DNA of 64,000 nucleotides from Promethearchaeota archaeon. GTDB lineage: Archaea > Asgardarchaeota > Lokiarchaeia > Sigyniarchaeales > SOKP01. Positions 60,990 to 64,000 of this stretch are shown in pieces. The DNA is taken from contig JAEOTA010000004.1 of assembly GCA_016840085.1 (NCBI GenBank), positions 96,001 through 160,000 of the forward strand. Direction: 5' to 3'. The notes beneath the pieces are model-generated. The model saw only the letters and a list, made by a program, of their open reading frames with translations, was not told the DNA's origin and did not search any database. A program made the translations under genes and the position numbers. Numbering within the stretch: position 1 is the stretch's first letter; every line of letters begins with the position of its first letter.

Positions 60990-61123
60990 GGATTTGGGTT
61001 TTATCTCTCCTATTACAAAAACGTAACTTATTTTATATTTAAACTTTTTTGTGATAGTTAAATTTGGAATATTTAAAGAAAAAAGAAAATATAACATACC
61101 AATTATAATAAAATTGAGATGAG

Positions 61124-61834
61124 ATGGGATTTAAAACATATTCTGAAAATGATATATATCAAAAGGCCATAAGTGAACAGTGGAGCGGAAAAGGAACATC
61201 AGAAGATCCTTTTATAATCGAATCCTCTCACTCCTTTCCGCACCAAACACTTCTCAAAGATTCTGCGCTCTTTATATTAGTGAAAAATTGTACATTTAAA
61301 TATTTAGCGTTAAAAAGATGTAAACATGTGAGGTTTGAAGGGTGCGTTTTTGCTGTATTACAACTATTAAAATGTTCTGAAATCATTATTACAAATTGTA
61401 CGTTTAAAATGAGGTTAGATCTTATCACTAGTCACGATTCATATATTCGAGATTCTCTTATTCCATTTCTACGGTTTGGTAAGTCTTATAAAAATCATTT
61501 TAAAGCATGTACAATTACTCAAATCGCTAATCATTTTAGCAGGGCAAATATATTCGAAGATATTAATACACCTATGCAAGATTTTAATAATATTATGAGT
61601 GAAACACCGTACAAATATTATTTACGGCACATAGGTTTTATAGGAGGCGGAGTGATCTCTTTAATCTCAGCTTTTTCGTTGTCTTTTAATAGTTATTCCG
61701 ATTTAATTTATTGGTCGTTAATACCAGGTCTATTTGTTATGGCTTTTGTTTTTTTTGTTAGTGCCACAGCTATTTTCTACGATTATAAAAAAATGGCGCG
61801 TTATCCAGATAATCAAATAAAAGAAAAAATTTAA
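61124..61834 (+). CDS. Right-handed beta-helix protein with two C-terminal TMs
   Basis: GKGTSEDPFIIE followed by repeated I.NCTF...L.. units. Confidence 0.7.
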   Translation: MGFKTYSENDIYQKAISEQWSGKGTSEDPFIIESSHSFPHQTLLKDSALFILVKNCTFKYLALKRCKHVRFEGCVFAVLQLLKCSEIIITNCTFKMRLDLITSHDSYIRDSLIPFLRFGKSYKNHFKACTITQIANHFSRANIFEDINTPMQDFNNIMSETPYKYYLRHIGFIGGGVISLISAFSLSFNSYSDLIYWSLIPGLFVMAFVFFVSATAIFYDYKKMARYPDNQIKEKI

Positions 61835-61980
61835 TTAAAGCTAATCATCAAAAACCATTTAAGTTAAAGTTCTAATTTCAAAATTTAATACAGTAGAAAT
61901 GACTAAATTTCAACGGTCCTTAAATATAAATAGTATAACGGGTTATATAATTATTAAATAAAGGGTATAAAAAGACAAAG

Positions 61981-62784
61981 ATGCTAGACAACAACAATAA
62001 TGAAGAATTTGTATTATATAAAGAGGAGAGAATTGCAGTAAAAAACGGGGAATTAGAACTCCCATTTCATTTGGAACGATTTGATGAAATTGAAGGGCTT
62101 GATAAGCTTACAAATTTGAAGAAATTACATTATGAGGGATTCGAGCTAAAAAAAATAGACCATATTGACCCCCTAACAAATTTAGAATCCTTAACGCTTC
62201 TTGGCAGTCATCAACTCAGCAAAATTGAGAATCTTGACAGCCTTACAAAGTTAAGGGTACTCGACCTTTCCGATAGCAATATTGCGGAAATAGAAAATCT
62301 GGTAGCGCTTACGAACTTGGAAGTTTTGCGATTAGGAAAATTTTATGAATTGTCCGAAAATCGCATTACAAGGATCAAGGGACTCGGAAATTTAAGCAAG
62401 TTGAAGGAATTAAACCTTGAACACAATCAAATCACGGTTATTGAGGGACTTGAGGCGCTTACCAACCTTAAAATCCTGAATCTTTCATATAATCAAATTA
62501 AAGAAATTGAAGGGCTTGACAATTTAAGTAATTTAGAAGAATTACATCTGAGAGGTAATAACATAACAGAGATTAAGGGACTTGACAATTTAAGTAAATT
62601 AGAAGCTTTAAATCTTGAACAAAATAACATAACAGAGATTAAGGGACTTGACAATTTAAGTAATTTAAAGGAATTATGGATTAGAAATAATGGCCCTTTT
62701 AAATCCGATTCCATCAAAATCTTAGAAAGTATGAAAAAAAGTGGTATTAGAGTTATATTTTATTTCAAGATGATGGAACACTAA
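61981..62784 (+). CDS. Leucine-rich repeat protein (SDS22-like)
   Basis: About 9 repeats of L..L.L..N.I.EI.GL..L; near-identical 66-bp DNA repeats at the 3' end. Confidence 0.92.
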   Translation: MLDNNNNEEFVLYKEERIAVKNGELELPFHLERFDEIEGLDKLTNLKKLHYEGFELKKIDHIDPLTNLESLTLLGSHQLSKIENLDSLTKLRVLDLSDSNIAEIENLVALTNLEVLRLGKFYELSENRITRIKGLGNLSKLKELNLEHNQITVIEGLEALTNLKILNLSYNQIKEIEGLDNLSNLEELHLRGNNITEIKGLDNLSKLEALNLEQNNITEIKGLDNLSNLKELWIRNNGPFKSDSIKILESMKKSGIRVIFYFKMMEH

Positions 62785-62827
62785 AAATCTTTACTGTTAT
62801 CTCGAAGATAATTAAATATTTAAATCC

Positions 62828-62909
62828 ATAAAAAGTTACATTAAAAATAGAGTAAAAAAATTCTTTAATTTCTTTAAGCGTAAGCTTTTAACTCTTTTTT
62901 TAGCTTATA
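62828..62909 (+). repeat. Right copy of ~82-bp island-bounding direct repeat
   Basis: Covers the last 11 sense codons, stop and T-rich terminator of the small gene 62874-63014. Confidence 0.85.
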
Positions 62910-63014
62910 AGCTTCTTTTTCCTGAACATAATTTGGGTTCAGTTCAAGTTTATCTTTTAGCTCTTTCATTTTACGCTTACTTATCTCAGGTTTGAACATA
63001 TTAAATAATGACAT
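62874..63014 (-). CDS. Small basic protein (46 aa), below ORF-track cutoff
   Basis: MSLFNMFKPEISKRKMKELKDKLELNPNYVQEKEAYKLKKELKAYA*; GTGA RBS. The duplicated copy differs mainly at synonymous sites. Confidence 0.65.
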   Translation of the reverse strand: MSLFNMFKPEISKRKMKELKDKLELNPNYVQEKEAYKLKKELKAYA

Positions 63015-63137
63015 TTTTTTTATTCACATCTTTTTTTGTGTACTAAATTATATAAGTATAAATTGATGTATAAACTTTGTGTTTATAGTATATATACAAA
63101 AAGAAAAGTATATATTATTTTAATCTATATTTTAATT

Positions 63138-64000
63138 ATGGAGAGAACGTATAGAAAACTGCAAAAGATAGGAGGCTCATTAGTTATAAGTTTACCTAAA
63201 AAATGGACTGAGCATTATACGTTAAAAGCGGGCTCAACCGCAGCTATTGAGGTTCGAGATGATGGTACGCTGTTAATTTTGCCAAAAATGGAAGCAGTAA
63301 GCGATAAAATAAGTAAGGATGAGGTAATCTTAGAAGCAAATGAGTATGTAATCTGGGAATTATTAAAAAAAAGTCTTGCAGGTCAAACAAATATAACCAT
63401 ATTATCTGATACAAATACAGAAATTAACAAAGTCTTGAGAAATTATATTAGGAAATATGTTAATAGACTTCCAAATACAGAGATAATTGAGGAGACTAAC
63501 CACAAAATAATTATCCAAAACTTTGGGTACAAAGAAATACCTACTAAAAAATTAATCCAACGTTTATTATATTTAGTGGCAAATATGTTTGAAGATTTAA
63601 AAAATAAATCAATTGATGATTTAAATGATAATTTCGAGCAACTAAGGAAGTTTTATTTTATTCTGGTTATCCATATTAGAACTTATCTCAGAACAGGAGT
63701 CTATATTTCATCAAGTAGTGAATTTACTCCTCTTGAAGCAATGGATTATAGAATGTTCTGCGAAAAGATTGAAGAAATAGGTGAGATCTTAAAAGACCTA
63801 AGTTTAAACAATAAAGTATTAAATTTTTACAATGAGGTTCAGCAATATTTTAATGAGGTTATGAATGCCTTTTTACAAAAAGATGATAAATTAGCATTTA
63901 TTGTATGGATAAAAAAAGATAAACTCTTCAGTAAAGCAAATCATTTGCTGAACAATCTAAATTATAATGATAAGGACAACATTAGAAAAATAATGAGAAT
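63138..64000 (+). CDS. AbrB-domain / PhoU-like phosphate uptake regulator, 3'-partial
   Basis: MERTYRKLQKIGGSLVISLPKKW...; ORF runs off the end of the window. Confidence 0.8.
   Translation, partial: MERTYRKLQKIGGSLVISLPKKWTEHYTLKAGSTAAIEVRDDGTLLILPKMEAVSDKISKDEVILEANEYVIWELLKKSLAGQTNITILSDTNTEINKVLRNYIRKYVNRLPNTEIIEETNHKIIIQNFGYKEIPTKKLIQRLLYLVANMFEDLKNKSIDDLNDNFEQLRKFYFILVIHIRTYLRTGVYISSSSEFTPLEAMDYRMFCEKIEEIGEILKDLSLNNKVLNFYNEVQQYFNEVMNAFLQKDDKLAFIVWIKKDKLFSKANHLLNNLNYNDKDNIRKIMR

Larger units (their letters stand above)
53346..62909. mobile_element. Accessory island bounded by direct repeats (no integrase seen)
   Basis: Duplicated 3' end of a small gene; cargo of defence-like genes and pseudogene debris. 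Confidence 0.55.

Noticed and set aside
60825-61097. 90-aa minus-strand ORF
   Set aside because: It has atypical composition and overlaps the structured inverted-repeat element; probably spurious.
279-62717. Many short antisense or nested ORFs in the track (e.g. 279-488, 14658-15161, 28817-29161, 46429-46794, 62493-62717)
   Set aside because: They are shadows of longer well-supported genes and have no recognisable motifs.

Overview
This is an AT-rich archaeal chromosomal segment. GGTGA-type ribosome-binding sites, TTTAAATA TATA boxes, a small GTPase, an Smc5/6-like locus, and LRR, TPR and zinc-ribbon proteins point to an Asgard (Lokiarchaeia-like) genome; this taxonomy is inferred. From left to right it holds: (1) an inactive-AAA / Smc5/6-like / kleisin / kite operon; (2) a frameshifted MFS transporter; (3) an arsR-acr3 arsenic locus followed by the best candidate novelty, a beta-grasp-like gene whose frame runs Cys-UGA-UGA and on for 36 more codons to TAA, directly followed by a eukaryote-type SECIS hairpin (a probable unannotated di-selenocysteine protein); (4) metal and stress regulators (DtxR, two TrmB, TetR, AbrB, Fur/PerR with catalase), several with visible operator arrays; (5) a PadR-led operon with a single and a tandem-fused class II UvrA and no uvrB/uvrC; (6) a BpsA-AdoMetDC fusion; (7) an ABC and membrane-protein operon and a thiolase; (8) a ~9.5 kb accessory island (53.35-62.91 kb) bounded by an ~81-bp direct repeat of the 3' end of a small gene, carrying a TIGR04255-like three-gene module, a HEPN-motif protein, a membrane-anchored nuclease, a restriction-modification remnant and a structured non-coding element. 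No rRNA, tRNA, CRISPR array or intact transposase/integrase was seen. All family calls come from motif recognition by eye; no database searches were run.
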